A stretch of DNA of 64,000 nt. It comes from Rhodosorus marinus CCMP1338. Its lineage: Eukaryota > Plantae > Rhodophyta. The stretch covers positions 1,612,001 through 1,676,000 of the forward strand of contig JAMWBK010000006.1 in the NCBI GenBank assembly GCA_029953675.1, given 5' to 3'. A program made the position numbers and the translations under genes. Positions 1 through 12,237 of this stretch are shown here, one piece after another; the stretch's first letter is position 1, and each line of letters starts with the position of its first letter. Below the pieces are notes generated by a model. The model had not been told where the DNA came from. It saw nothing but the letters and a program-made list of their open reading frames with translations, and searched no databases.

Positions 1-2000
1 CAGCTATCGGTGCTACTAGATTCAAAACCTCACTGAGCCTAATCATTCCGTTAAGCTTCACCTCAAGCAATGGGAACACGCTTCGAGCAGTGTTCGTATA
101 CTGAGAACTGCTCCAACTTAACGACTCAACAAATACTCTCATGTGTTGCATCAGGCTGCATAAAGATTTGTCGTTTCGCCGGAGCCTATTCTTCAACTCC
201 TCGATAATCAAGGGATCTTGCGGCCCACCTGTTGGCGGGGATAGGACGCAAAACTCAGTTGCCGAAGACGATTGTGGGAAAGCGGGAAGGAAGATGCAAA
301 TTCTGCACATCTACCTCGGTGACCAAAGCCGTTGACTTGACTGTTCGTTTCTATCATGCGATTTGCGAGTAAAGATATGACATCCGCCAGTGCTTCACAT
401 ATTGGTCGCATGTACTCGCCTTTAGAATTAAGCCTTAGAGCGCGAGAGCTCAGCCCTTGCGCGTAGGTCAGAATACGCTCGTCAACCTGATCATCACCGC
501 CCAGCACCATTTTTCGAAGTCGCTGAATCCACATAGGCAACGAATCGTAGCATTCTCCCATAGACAATTGTAAGTCGAGGCAATGCTCTCGTATTCCGGC
601 CGGCGAAGAGAAGTATTCCGAGTTGCGTTCTTCGGTAGTTGGTAAAAACACTCTCCGATTCAGTGAACAAGTAGGAACATATGGGAGTCCTTGTCGCTTC
701 ATCCTACCAAGACCATCAATAAAAGCTGAGCATTGGTCTTTGTACAATGCCCTTCCTTGTGGTGAAAGGTTCTGTACAATTCTGCCAGCCAACAAGACGA
801 CCCCAGCACAGAGACGCGAATTGCACTTGTGGCTGTTGACAAGCAGTATGGACTGACAAAAAAATAACAATTCATTTGTTCAGTAGAGGTCTTTAAGCGG
901 GCTGCAACTGGCAATTCCGAAGACGGCGCCCACGCCATTAACGGAGGACTATATTCACCTCTGGAACTCTCCGCTTGCGACTATGGACATGGTGGCAGCG
1001 TAAAACTTCAAGCGAAGCCTGTGCTACTGATGGACTCCATCCCCACCAAACACCGAGTTTTTCGATATTCGGGATTATTGTTTTATCCCAATCGATGTTG
1101 AGGAACCTCCAATTGTCACGAAGCAGTTGGCCCACAAGCACCCACCCATCATGATCCTCAGGAAGGCGCACTGTACCTGCGCATTAAATATCTTAAGCAG
1201 AACGAAGTCGATCCCACAATAGAAATTCTCTTGATATATGGCTAGGGCTACTCGTCTCACCCGAAACTTCCACAACGCGAGAGAGCGGATCTCTGGTTGT
1301 CAGTGAATAAGATCCGATAGGACCCCAGCTCATAATGACGGTCCATACAAATTTCGAAAACCAGTTTTCCTCTGATGTGGGCTTGCTCCAGCTTCTCTTC
1401 GAGGTCTTCAGCTTTTTGATCACTCTCCCAAGTACCGTCCAGAATCGTTCGCCGAGATCCTCACAAACCTCCCGGACGCGAACTAATAGGGCGAATCCTG
1501 AAAGGTCTCTACCGGAATCGTTTGAGGAACTGCTCGGATAAATGTGCTGTCGCGGGTGGTTGTAGCAAAGTATCAACAGCTCGGCCAAGAGGGACTCGAT
1601 GTAAGAAAAAAGGCTCGCATCGCGGTTGCGGTGCAAAATCAAAAGTGTTCTATGCTGAGAAGAGTATCGGTGCTGTAATTCTGCAACGGTGTATCCATGC
1701 TCTACGAGTGTCCCCGCAACCAACAACCAGCTTCCATTTTCAAAGTCGATTTCGCCTGTTACATATACAACTCCGATCAATTCGTTAGCATCAACCAACA
1801 CAGTCATGTCAACATGGACTAGAGACTGTACCACTTTCTGGAGAGTCCTGCTCCTCAGCGCCAATCTCTCTATTAGAGTTCAAATGTAGTACTATCTCAT
1901 AAGCCCGGCGCCTAGATATCTGATGCTGCCTCCGCCATTCATCATCTCTACAATAACCGAGCCCTTCGTCATCCACGGACTGGTCTACAGCGGCTTTCAT
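1..2000 (-). CDS. Uncharacterised multi-exon helical protein; 3' end runs off the left edge of the window
   Basis: ATG at 2000 follows a C/A-rich upstream tract. ORFs 1809-2000, 1193-1864, 938-1171 and 208-870 join in frame through GT-AG introns (e.g. VVEVS/GTVRLPEDHDGW and RRVPE/SILLVNSH). The last frame stays open to position 1. Family not recognised. Confidence 0.7.
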
Positions 2001-2388
2001 TTCATGTCATCAGCCCCAGCTCACTTCCACGTCAGCTCAGTATCATGAAAAAAGCTGAATGAGGAAAGCTGGACCCCAAAAACAGCAACACTAGTGCCAC
2101 CATGCGCATCGTACAGACCGCCTAAAAGCTTCAAACTCTTTTAGAGGAGTCTAGTCATAAACCCCCCCCCTCGGAAAAATGAAAATAGACCAAAGCTGTA
2201 ACACTTCCAAATTCCACCTTCTCCACGCCCTTATCCCTTCCTCGACCTATTGCCATGTTCAAACCCACCAACTGCGGACTACCCACAACCCGTCACTCCT
2301 CATAAAGACCTGAGAAACAAACAAAAAGTTTCACCCCCCAAAATTTCAAGGGAGTTTTTCATCAAGAAGGAAAACAACTCCATATCGA

Positions 2389-2410
2389 ATATATATATAT
2401 ATATATATAT
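2389..2410. repeat. (AT)11 microsatellite
   Basis: Read directly from the sequence; lies in the divergent promoter region upstream of RPL18. Confidence 0.9.
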
Positions 2411-3035
2411 GGACATAGATATATGGATATATATATGTGTTGAGCAAGGAATAATTATAAGCTTTTTCAAATACTTGTACAACTTTTTACGAACACTTCA
2501 CAGTAATTTCCGTTTGACGCGATGTAATGGGGACCAACCGTATGTTGAAAATGTGTCCCTTCCTAACTCTTGGATACAAAGGAGTTTTTATTAACCGTTG
2601 GATAATTTTGATTTGTTAAAAAACGAGGTAGCAAATATAATTGGTTAAAATCAATGTGTTCAATCCAAAAGCCGGGTAGGTGTTGTACTAGGATTCTATT
2701 CGTTGCTGAGAACACGTGTAGAGAATTTGTTGGACTATATTTAGAATTTCCTTTTGCTATTTGTGGCGTAGATTTGGATTTTAATTCCTTAACTTGGAGT
2801 TTCGGCTAGAATTTGCCGCAGCTTTTCGTTTTTTCGTCGGCGTCGTCGAGGCTTTTTGTTTTTCTGGATTATTTTGCGAGGTTTTCTGGACCGGGGATGA
2901 TGAAGGATGGCGAAAATCGATGAATAGAGTGATTCCCGTGGTGAGAGAATGCTCTTCAGGAGAGGGAAGGTCAGTGGGCGAGTGTGGGAGGGGAAAGTGG
3001 TCAGGGACCTTTAGCTCAGAGATTCAGATCTAAAG

Positions 3036-3816
3036 ATGGTAAGTTCAGATTGAAAACGTTTTGCTTGATCTGTTCTGATGGTTTTGAGCGCCCGGCTGGC
3101 GGGCGGGGAGTATTTGCCGATGTGGGAGGTTTTCTAAATGGGTTTTGGCTTTGCCTTGCGTCGTTTTTCCGTAGGGTATTGATATCGAGGCAGGAGGAAG
3201 GCTGAAGAAGGCGAGGAGGGATTCTCCGCGGAGTGAGAATCCCTACGTCCGGTTGCTCGTCAAACTGTACAGGTTTTTGGCAAGGAGGACGGACGCCAAG
3301 TTTAACAAGGTTGTGCTTAGAAGGTTGTTTATGTCCAGGACAAATCGCCCCCCGATTTCGCTTTCCAGAGTTGCGAGGTAAGAAATTGTTTTAAGATGGT
3401 TGCAGCAAGTATCCGGTCGTTGTAGATCCTGAACAAAGGGCGGGTCGGGTTACTCTTCTAGGTATATGAAGCCATATGAGGGCAAGACAGCGGTTATTGT
3501 AGGAAAGGTTCTCGATGACGAGCGTCTTTTGGATGTGCCGAAGCTTTCTGTGTGTGCGTTAGCAGTAACTGAGACTGCTAGGGCCCGAATTGAGAAGTCC
3601 GGAGGTGAAGTTATTACCTTCGATCAGTTGGCCCTGAGGTCCCCAACCGGTGAGAGCACTATGCTTCTGCGTGGAAGGAAGCATCAAAGAGAAGTATACC
3701 GTCATTTCTTCGGTGTTGCCAAGAACGTCAAGCCGTACGTTCGTGCAAAGGGACGAAAGTTCGAGAGTGCTCGAGGACGAAGAGCAAGCCGAGGTTACAA
3801 GAAGAAGTCCGCGTAA
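3036..3816 (+). CDS. RPL18: 60S ribosomal protein eL18 (L18), 3 exons
   Basis: Exon 1 is only ATG (3036-3038, then gtaagt). Exon 2 from 3175 reads [12 protein letters not shown]...LYRFLARRT...[14 protein letters not shown]. Exon 3 reads [14 protein letters not shown]...[24 protein letters not shown]. These are classic eL18 motifs. Confidence 0.97.
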
Positions 3817-4121
3817 TTTTTGCGGCGATCATAGTCGAAGTACTTTTGAATGCCGGCGGTACCTAATTTTTTTTACAAGCTCTATTCTGTTAAAGATCCT
3901 TCAGCCTATTTGGTGAATAAATCTAGAAGCCAAGCTGACCCGCGATATCGTGAGTGTGATGTTTCCTCGCCTCTTGTGTTTTTGATTTTGTTGTCACTCG
4001 GGCAGTCCAAATTCCACAGCTACTGCCTCAGCCTGATTGTCAGAGAAACTTGTTCATCCCTGAACGTACCTTAGAGTACGTTCAAAGCGTTGCCAAAGTC
4101 AACATAACCGTGTAGTGTACC

Positions 4122-5005
4122 TCAGATACGAGGGCTGTTTCGTAATCGACGACTGTCCGAGATCGGGTGGAGGATCATACAGTTTACTGAATGCAAACTT
4201 CGCGGCGGGCTGTGACAAGCATGAGAATGAATTTCGACTGCTTCATCCTTTTTGAAGATCACGTAGCTCAAGTCCTCGCGTGAGAATGGCACTAGCGCCC
4301 TCGAAATATACCAGCGAGAAGTCAGGAACTGTCTGGAGGTGCCAGCCCTCCAATGCTGAACAAGTTTAGGAATCCGCTACGAGCCCAGGACGTGAGCTAT
4401 GGAGATTCTCTTGGCACTCATTCTTTACACTTCGAAGCCATAGACAAGCCGAAGTCCAAAAACAAAAAGCTCATATATCATCTCAACGCAACGACCTTAA
4501 GCACTGAATCAAAAAAGATGCTGGCGTCGTGCTGTCTGTTTAAAAGGGGTGCTCAAAACCACAACAGAACCGGAAGAATCAGTCCAGAAAACTAAGAATT
4601 CGTATATGGCACGCCAGTGAAACAGCTCCGCAATCAGCACGACAAACACCCCAAACCATGCGAACCTTCAACCCAACAACTGAGCCCAGTGCACTATTAG
4701 GGCCACCCCCAAAAGGAAGAGTTTGACGACTGCAAATTGTCGCTGGATCAGTAGACCTGCATACGATGGGGCAAGCATGGTCGCAATGGATCATTGCCTC
4801 TGAGTTTAGAGCAACAAGCTGATGTCCAAAGCCCAGTTGCTAGCCATAGTCAAACGTGCCCTCATAGTTCCCGGAAAGCTCGGACTCTCCTGGTTGGGTG
4901 CCCCCGTTGGCTTTCAAACTATCCGCAGCTCACTGGTTTGCATTTTGCTGCTATTAAACTGGTCTTTCCAATTGTAAAGCAAAATCTATAGAGCAATTCG
5001 AACAT
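4122..5005 (-). CDS. Possible unannotated multi-exon small membrane protein
   Basis: Exon-like fragments bounded by GT/AG (MFELLYRFCFTIG; LLIQRQFAVVKLFLLGVALIVHWAQLL; MIYELFVFGLRLVYGFE; HWRAGTSRQFLTSRWYISRALVPF). A complete in-frame splice path could not be fixed. Confidence 0.3.
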
Positions 5006-5676
5006 GACACAAACCGCGACCCTGTCCAGGAATGACCTTAGTACTAAATACTATCATATATTTTTATTCTTTTGGGCAAAAATGCTTACTAGTACAAACG
5101 TGGCTTCCGGGTGAATTGATTTCAATGTGGAAAAAGGCTTTTTGGAATTGTTAGTTTGGGGAAGAGGATGGGGAGCTATACTTGCTCTAAGAGTTTGGAG
5201 AGGGAAAGGAAGGAAGTTAGTTGGGGTGCTTTGTAAGAGTGTCATAGGCAAACTTTATATAATTTTCCTCGCTTTTCCGTGGGTTTGCTTTTAGTCTGGT
5301 TTTTAGGCTTTGAAGAGGAGCCAGTAGGAGGTGTTGTTTTTTTTCGGGTTGGTTTGGCAGCCGTTTGGGTTTTGGGGGTGAGGGTGGGGGGCCTGGAGTT
5401 CATTCTGGGTTGTGATAGTTTCGGAATTTTGTGAATTTTGCTCTTGGATTAGTCCTGTTTCTTTGGAGGATCTTGTTTTTTTCTGTTGAGGGAAGCATTT
5501 GTAGTTGGATTTTTTCTGCTTTTGTTCTGGGGAGAGGTGGCTTCGTGTACGGACTTTTGGGAGCAGGGGGAGCAAGGTTTTGCAATAAGGGCGGCTGGAG
5601 TTGGATTCTCTACGTGTTTTGGACGCGCTGAGCTCTGGTTTGGTCAGTGCATAGTTAATCGCGGGAGGAGGAAGAG

Positions 5677-6482
5677 ATGCAGGAAGAAAATGGGGCCCGT
5701 CCGGGTGGGATTACAGAAGGTCATATATCTACTGATGCAAAGGAGTTGCTTCCGAGTGAAAAGTGCGTTGAACTATCTCGTCCTGCTCTATATTCTTGTT
5801 CCGTTGAAGCTGTCTCTCTCTGTCATCGAATGTGGAAGTGGAGCAGGATCTCTCCATGTTCACTACTGATTTTCAAATTGCTTGTTTGAATTCGGGCTTG
5901 TAGGTTGAGGGAGCTGCTGAGTGAGGTTGCGCCAGGGGAAATTCTTGATCCAGAAGTGGAGGAGGTGAGAAATTCTTATACCTTAGCGCTCGAACAAGCC
6001 ATTGAGTCCACACCAACCGGAATTCGAGCTGACAGTGATTCGGAGGTTGACATCTTTCAAAATTCTGACCGACCACAATGTTTTCCCATTGCTTTTGGGT
6101 CTCAGTTCCTCCAAGAGCATGCGATAGGTTTTGTGGAAAGCGTAACCGAATTCGCTTGCAGAATTGCGAAGAACCGGGAAAGTGAAACTCTCGAGGCCCA
6201 AGACGTACAGCTCTATCTCGAGAAGACTTGGAACATGCGCATTCCAGGGTATGTAAAGGCTTATTTCTTACTTTTAAATACAATGTCACGCATAGCGTGA
6301 CGGAGTGGGCCCGCGGATAATTGCTAACTATCCTACTCCTCAACCTTTCACCATTGATCAGATATGGAGACGCGCGTAAACCGGTAAGGAGATTCGCTCC
6401 TTCCCCTGCCCACGCGTCACGAATGCAGATGGTGAACAAAGCAAAGATGCAGGCGGCCGCGAATAACGCGAGTAACAAGTAG
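5677..6482 (+). CDS. TAF12: TFIID/SAGA subunit TAF12 (histone fold), about 4 exons
   Basis: Spliced product contains RLRELLSEVAPGEILDPEVEE, FVESVTEFACRIAKNRESETLEAQDVQLYLEKTWNMRIPG and AHASRM, matching the TAF12 histone fold and its C-terminal AHKQRM-like motif. Confidence 0.92.
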
Positions 6483-6577
6483 GCGATTGGGGAGTTAAGA
6501 TTCTGTAAAGGTTGTCATCGAACACGCATGAAATCTGCGCTTGGCAAACACGTTCGATCACAAGCCATTAAGAGCAC

Positions 6578-8512
6578 TTATCTCCGCCGTCTCTTCGGTT
6601 TGGGTTTTGAGCCCCTGTGATGATCAGCGTTATTTGCTTCGCCTTCCATGCTGGACATCCGCTTCCCTCGCTTGGAGGACGTGAACTCCCGCATTTCAAA
6701 CGCCGCAAGCCTCTGGGCCTCTGAGATTCGCCTGAGCGGAAGAAGAACGAGGAAACACGGGCTTGAGTAACAAATAACAACTCGCTGGGATGAGAATCCC
6801 ACTCAAATTAAACAATCGAAGACATAGAACTAGCCGCCCATGGACCACTTCGTCATCAATCCTTTCACAGTCACAGCTTACTCCTGGAGCATTAGAACAA
6901 TGCTAGACTCCGCCTTGTACTCATCTAGTTTCTTTCCAATCAACTGCTCAACTTTTTGATACAACTCGACGTCGTACTGGCTCACTAAACTTATAGCTCG
7001 ACCAGCTCTACCGGCTCTCGCTGTTCTTCCAACCCTATGGACATAGTCCTGCGAGAGCAAGCACGGGCACGCTGAGGCCACCTTTGAATTGCATATTTGT
7101 CGATATATATAGGGATTAATTGCGCACCTTTCCGTGCATAGGGATATCGTAGTTCACTACAAGGTCCACAGAAGGAATATCCAGACCCCTCGCGGCGACA
7201 TCGGTGGCAATCAGTATGTTCCTCTCCTTCGCCTTGAACTTGTGCAAGGCTCCCAGCCGTTTCGGCTGCGTCATTCCTCCGTGAATACAGATCGCCTCGA
7301 ATCCAAGCTTGCGGAGAACCAACGCAAGCCTCTGACACTCGTTCTGAGTGTCGCAAAACACAATGGTAGAGTTGCCAGCAAACTCGTTCAGAAGAAAGGC
7401 CAAATAGCAGTCCTAAACAGAAAGTAAACCCACGACGGGGAGCAGGGAAAGCATTCCGCTCGTTAGACCAAGGTCAAGTAGAGAGAACGGGACTGTGCTT
7501 TGATGTGGAGCACCACTCTCCTTCTCTCTTTTTCGGACGCTTTCCTGTCCTCACCCACGGAGTCATGGTCGAGCCGGTGCATACAGTGCATCATTGAACT
7601 CTCGAGAGATCTTACCTTGTGCTTTGCCGGGAGGAAGATGTAGTTCTGCACAAGCGTATCCACGGTTGAATACTTGTCTGAAACTTCAACCTTGGCTGGG
7701 TCCGCGAGGGAAGCTCTTTGGAGCTTTCGTACTTTGCTCGTCATCGTTGCCGAGAAGAGGTAAGACCGTCGGTCACGGGGTAGCACAGAGATTACTTTGT
7801 TGATTTCCTTCTCGAAATCCATGTTGAGCAGCCGGTCCTGAGGTGGCGTATGCGGAATTGGTGCAGAGTTTTTCGTAAGAGGAAATTCGCCTTCTGAGAA
7901 TAAAGGCAAACGGTAGCTTTGCATACTGCCTCGTCTAGGATAAGGTAACGGGCTGATCGCAGAGAGAAACCCTTGGTATGCTCGAGGTGGTCTACTAGTC
8001 GGCCAGGAGAGGCGACGATAACGTGTGGACGTTTTGCCAGCGCTACCGCCTGCGAAACCATGTCAATACCTCCCGCTATAGCCACGCTTCTTAGTCCAAT
8101 TTCAGATCCAAGAGCCTTGGGTCAGACAAAAGCATGAAAACCAACTTTCAGGAGGCCGAAGGACTCCAAAATGTTTCGAAGCGCGTCTCACCGCGAACTG
8201 CTCGTGAATCTGGAAAACGAGCTCCCTCGTAGGAGCAATGACAACAGCAAAAGTACCTTTCGGTGTTGGCTTCGTTGTGATCAGGTCATTCAAAACGGGC
8301 AGAGCGAACGCGGCAGTTTTTCCAGACCCGGTCTGTGCCAGGCCGATGATGTCCTTCCCGGTCAGGGCCAACGGAATCGTTTCTCGTTGAATACTCGTTG
8401 GGGCCTTGTAACCCATTCGTTTGCACGCGGAGCAAAGCTCCTCCACCAGCCCTAGAGACTCGAAGGTTACGTCGTCCTCGTTCTTCTCCTCCTCGTCCTT
8501 TGCGTCTTCCAT
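6578..8512 (-). CDS. DDX47: DEAD-box RNA helicase DDX47/RRP3
   Basis: Q motif ([10 protein letters not shown]), [37 protein letters not shown] and [15 protein letters not shown], plus the Rrp3-type C-terminal EAQRLA motif. Confidence 0.95.
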
Positions 8513-8932
8513 GATTTCTCTCTCGTTTCAGACCAAGGGTCCCACAGAAAGGCACGAAAAGCTAGACAAAAGTGAGACAGAGCGAAAGAAAAAGGAGGCT
8601 CCTCTCTCCAATTCAGAACCAAACCAACCCAAAGCAATAAGCTGCTTATCGCCTCCACTCCTCCTCAAGAGATCCAGGACACCACACAGTAAAGCTTTCC
8701 TTCACCCAACTGCTCCGAAGACTACGGGATTCCGGATGCAGACGCCGACGGTAAAAACGACATATAAAATATAATATAATATTCCAAAGTACAATCTATA
8801 TCTAAATCAATATTAGCAATATTCAATCTTTATATATGTTTATTTCAAAATTAGGAAAATAAATATATCGTAAGTTTAGACAAATTAGTATTATATTGAT
8901 TGAGGGGACATTTAAGAGTGCGTTGACCAATG

Positions 8933-10243
8933 TCACTTGGACTGGTTTGGTATCGCTGGCTGTTGGTTGTTTGTTCGTGGGCCTGATTTGTCCATTCGAG
9001 ATCGGTCTCGTCTGGAATGGAGTGGTTTGATCCCGCGGAGTAGGTCCTCTTCGATTCTGATATCAATCTGATCGATTTTGGTTTTGGTGGATGAGGCCCT
9101 TCCTTCAAGCCTCTGCCTTGCCGATTCGACCCTCTTTTCCCAGAGTTTTTCCTGTTCTCTACTGGCGAGATATGCGGGTGGAGGCCCCGAATGGATTCCA
9201 GTCGGAACCTTCTCGAGGAGTCCAAAGAGGTCTTCTACGAACAGGAACACGTTGGCCCTATTTACCGTATCCGCCCAAGGGATTTCTAACCGAAGGGGTG
9301 AAGAAGCTTCATTCAGGTTTTTGTTCGCCCAGTGAAGGATACGGTTACTCCCATGATTCGTTCGGGACTAGCACTATCGATTCAGTCGCGGAGGCTTACC
9401 TGATTTACACATGTGGATGAACGTGTCGCAAAGTTCATTGTAGCGACTACGCGCTCCAGTGGTACCTCGTAATCCTCCCTGAAGTAGTCCGAGGAGTTGC
9501 TGCGGGCTGGCACTGGGTGACTTCAGCACTGCCCTCAGGGAGAACACAGCGATCGCGGCTGAGACGCTCTTAGGATCTCTCCCTTCCAACAGCGACATTT
9601 TCTTCGCCACAAGCAGGACTTTGTCAAGCATCCAAAGAACCTCAACTTCGGGCGGAGGCTGCAAGCCCACTCCGTCCTCAAGATGCTCTCTTAGCAGAGT
9701 AAGATATCTCCTAACGAGTTCATCTACGCTAGGCGGTGTTGTTTCCACTCCGAGCACGGGTTTCAAGCGTCTAATGGTCCTCAGGATGTTGCCTGCAAAG
9801 ACGTTCGATGCCTTTGCAACATCTTCAACTGTAATCGAAGGATCATGCTGCCTCGCCGCACAGTACACACAAACAGCAGCTCCAACATTGGAATGCCCTT
9901 TCCAACTCTTCCCTATGCACCTCGCAAGCCGCTGAGCTTCAACATTAACCTGAGAGCTGAGCCCCATCGCACTCACCAGCCATTCAGTCCTTTTCAGCGT
10001 CTTACACGGTACGCCATTCCCACTCAAAACTCCCCGAGGAGCGTGCCTACCCCCAATCACAGCAGCGGGTGCACTAGTCCATTCCGCCGGCACAAACTGT
10101 CCATCGGGACTCCAGAACCCCGCACGTTCCCCAAGCTGCGTGGTTCCGGAAGAGTCAACTCGTCCACACCGTACACATACCCTCACATGGCCTTCCTCGT
10201 CATCCTTCACTTCACCGTCGCAAACCTCACACCTTCTGTCCAT
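8933..10243 (-). CDS. TFIIB-related Pol III factor, BRF2-like
   Basis: N-terminal Zn ribbon (CEVC...CVRC), cyclin repeat 1 (AAVCVYCAARQH) and repeat 2 (LLEGRDPKSVSAA). Intron 9400-9286 joins HMCKS to EIPWADTVNRANV, followed by GPPPAYL. Confidence 0.8.
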
Positions 10244-12237
10244 GCCGATTTAGGAAAAAGAAGAAAACAAACTCCGGCTACCCCCTGAGCTCCTAGCTGG
10301 CTTGATAAACCTGGTCGGCCTATCCTAAGAATACCAAACGCAGTTAGCGCTGAACTCGCTCGCCCTGCCCACCCTCCTGCAGATCTTCTCACCCAAAGCC
10401 TTACACAACCAAGCTGCCACATCAGAACACCACATCTTCTGACCTCGTTTGGCCAGTGGCGCCTTTGAAGCTAAGCGGAAAAGCCTTTGCTCATCTCGAG
10501 ACCCCTCGAGACCAAAGTGAGTAGTTACAGAAAGAAAGCTATCACGACGTGACGACCCTGTGGAAGCTGACTCGAACCAGCACATTGTACGCACCTTCGA
10601 CATCTCAAAAGCTCCAAGAGCATCGCGGATGGCTGATGTTCTGGCTGTTAGCTTGATCGAATCCTTGTCTCATTACTTGCTTTGGATCGTATTGGAGTAT
10701 TGGTGCTGAGTACATGTATTCGCTATCATCTGTAGGTAGTAGAGTTTTAAGAGCGCAACGGGATTTATGAGCTGTTTTATGTGCTCATCTTGTCTGCACG
10801 CATTCCTCTTGGTACCTTCTTATGATCGTCGTGGTATGCACCTCGGACATCGCTGCAATCTCCAGAGACGAGTAGGATGTGGTAAAAGCCAGGTTCCACA
10901 GGAGACATCGCAAGCAGTCTAACTCGGAGTACTTCCTCGTTTCGTCATTGTTTGCTGCCCCACATAGTAGCATATCAGTTCCACGAGTCAAGGTTAGCAA
11001 GAGTCCCGCTGACAAAGCTCAGGAGCTGTTGTTGGCGTCCAGCTGGGACTTGACGAAGCTTTGGAGCCGTCATTGGAGTCCAGCTAAGGCTTGACAAAGT
11101 TTAGGCATTCCGTCCATCCAGCTTGTTTGTCAAGTCTAACGGCCCAAAACCTTGCTTCGACTCGGGAGAGGATGTCTCAAGGAGATGGTCGCGGGTTGGA
11201 AAGCCTTTCAGGTCTTGCACCGGACAAAGCTAGCTAACCTTCCATCCGCCTACTAAAGCGACGTCATGAGTACCTTCCGGCTACGGTTAACACCATCACG
11301 ATGGTTAAAATTTCTGCTTTCTATACCGTTCAGGTGGTGTGCAACGTTTTACATGTCGGTGTGGAAGAGACCGCCGGCGTGGGAGCGGGGAGGGGAAAAG
11401 CTCGGAGGGCAATGGATAGAGCTATGTAGTGGTAGACAAGACTCGTCAGGTCCATACGATCGTGGTATGTGGATGTAGACGTAGACAGTTCTCATTTGTA
11501 GATCAGGAAGTTTGAGGGTCCGAGCGTTTTCTTAATCTGATTTGTAGTTTGTGGGCTAGGGTTCATCCATCTGGATTGGAAGTGGTCTTGCGATGATGTT
11601 GGAAGAACGGATCCGCCTTCTGGTTGGGCTGAACTGCAGCTTTTGAGAGGGGATGTACATCATCGGTGGTAAGAGCGCACAAACTGGGTCTGTTTTTTTT
11701 TTTCAAGAGTGGGGTTTGATGTGAATTTTGGCCACTTCTTGAGAGAAGCGTTCGGCGAGGATGGATAATAGTCCCAACCGAGCTGCTCAGGGCATGCAGA
11801 TGATGATTGCGATCACAAAACAAAACATACGACTTTTCCTTCTTTTGAAGCTCTAGGGCCGTGTTATAGTATATCGCTTTTGGCCGATGCATGTTGGAAA
11901 AAATCCCTCGATTTTTTTTTTGTTCCTGTCTCTCAAGCCCCGTGGTCATCATCAGCACCAAGGGTGCTCCGACGATCTGTTCTCTATGTTCTATCTCAGT
12001 CAAACAAGCTGATAAGAAGTTTTTGAACTCAATGTCATGCAGGATACGGCAGGTGACGACGATGTCTTTGTCCTCTGTGGTGCAGATTAGACCTCGGGAA
12101 GAATTCCGTAGGCTCCAGAGACACTTTGTGAGAATCGAATACTAGTTCGACCGGAGTTATTTATAAACAAGGTGTAAATTAGTCTGGCTATCGCTCGTAG
12201 AGAATTAAAACAGGCCAGAGAAAACATAGACTTTCGC

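Noticed and set aside
208-1864. APC2/cullin assignment for the first gene
   Set aside because: Only superficial helical similarity; no cullin-homology or APC2 signature motifs.
2785-2793. U12-type branch site TTCCTTAAC, and RTATCCTT hits near 9340 and 60865
   Set aside because: No matching 5' site and branch pair bracketing an intron in any gene model; all modelled introns are GT-AG major type.
10565-10585. tRNA T-loop-like GGTTCGAGTC on the minus strand
   Set aside because: No 5-bp T-stem, D-arm or acceptor stem.
11266-11478. eIF4E-like PAWE...GGQW motif
   Set aside because: Short isolated match; the other conserved Trp residues and the DRFW helix are absent in all frames examined.
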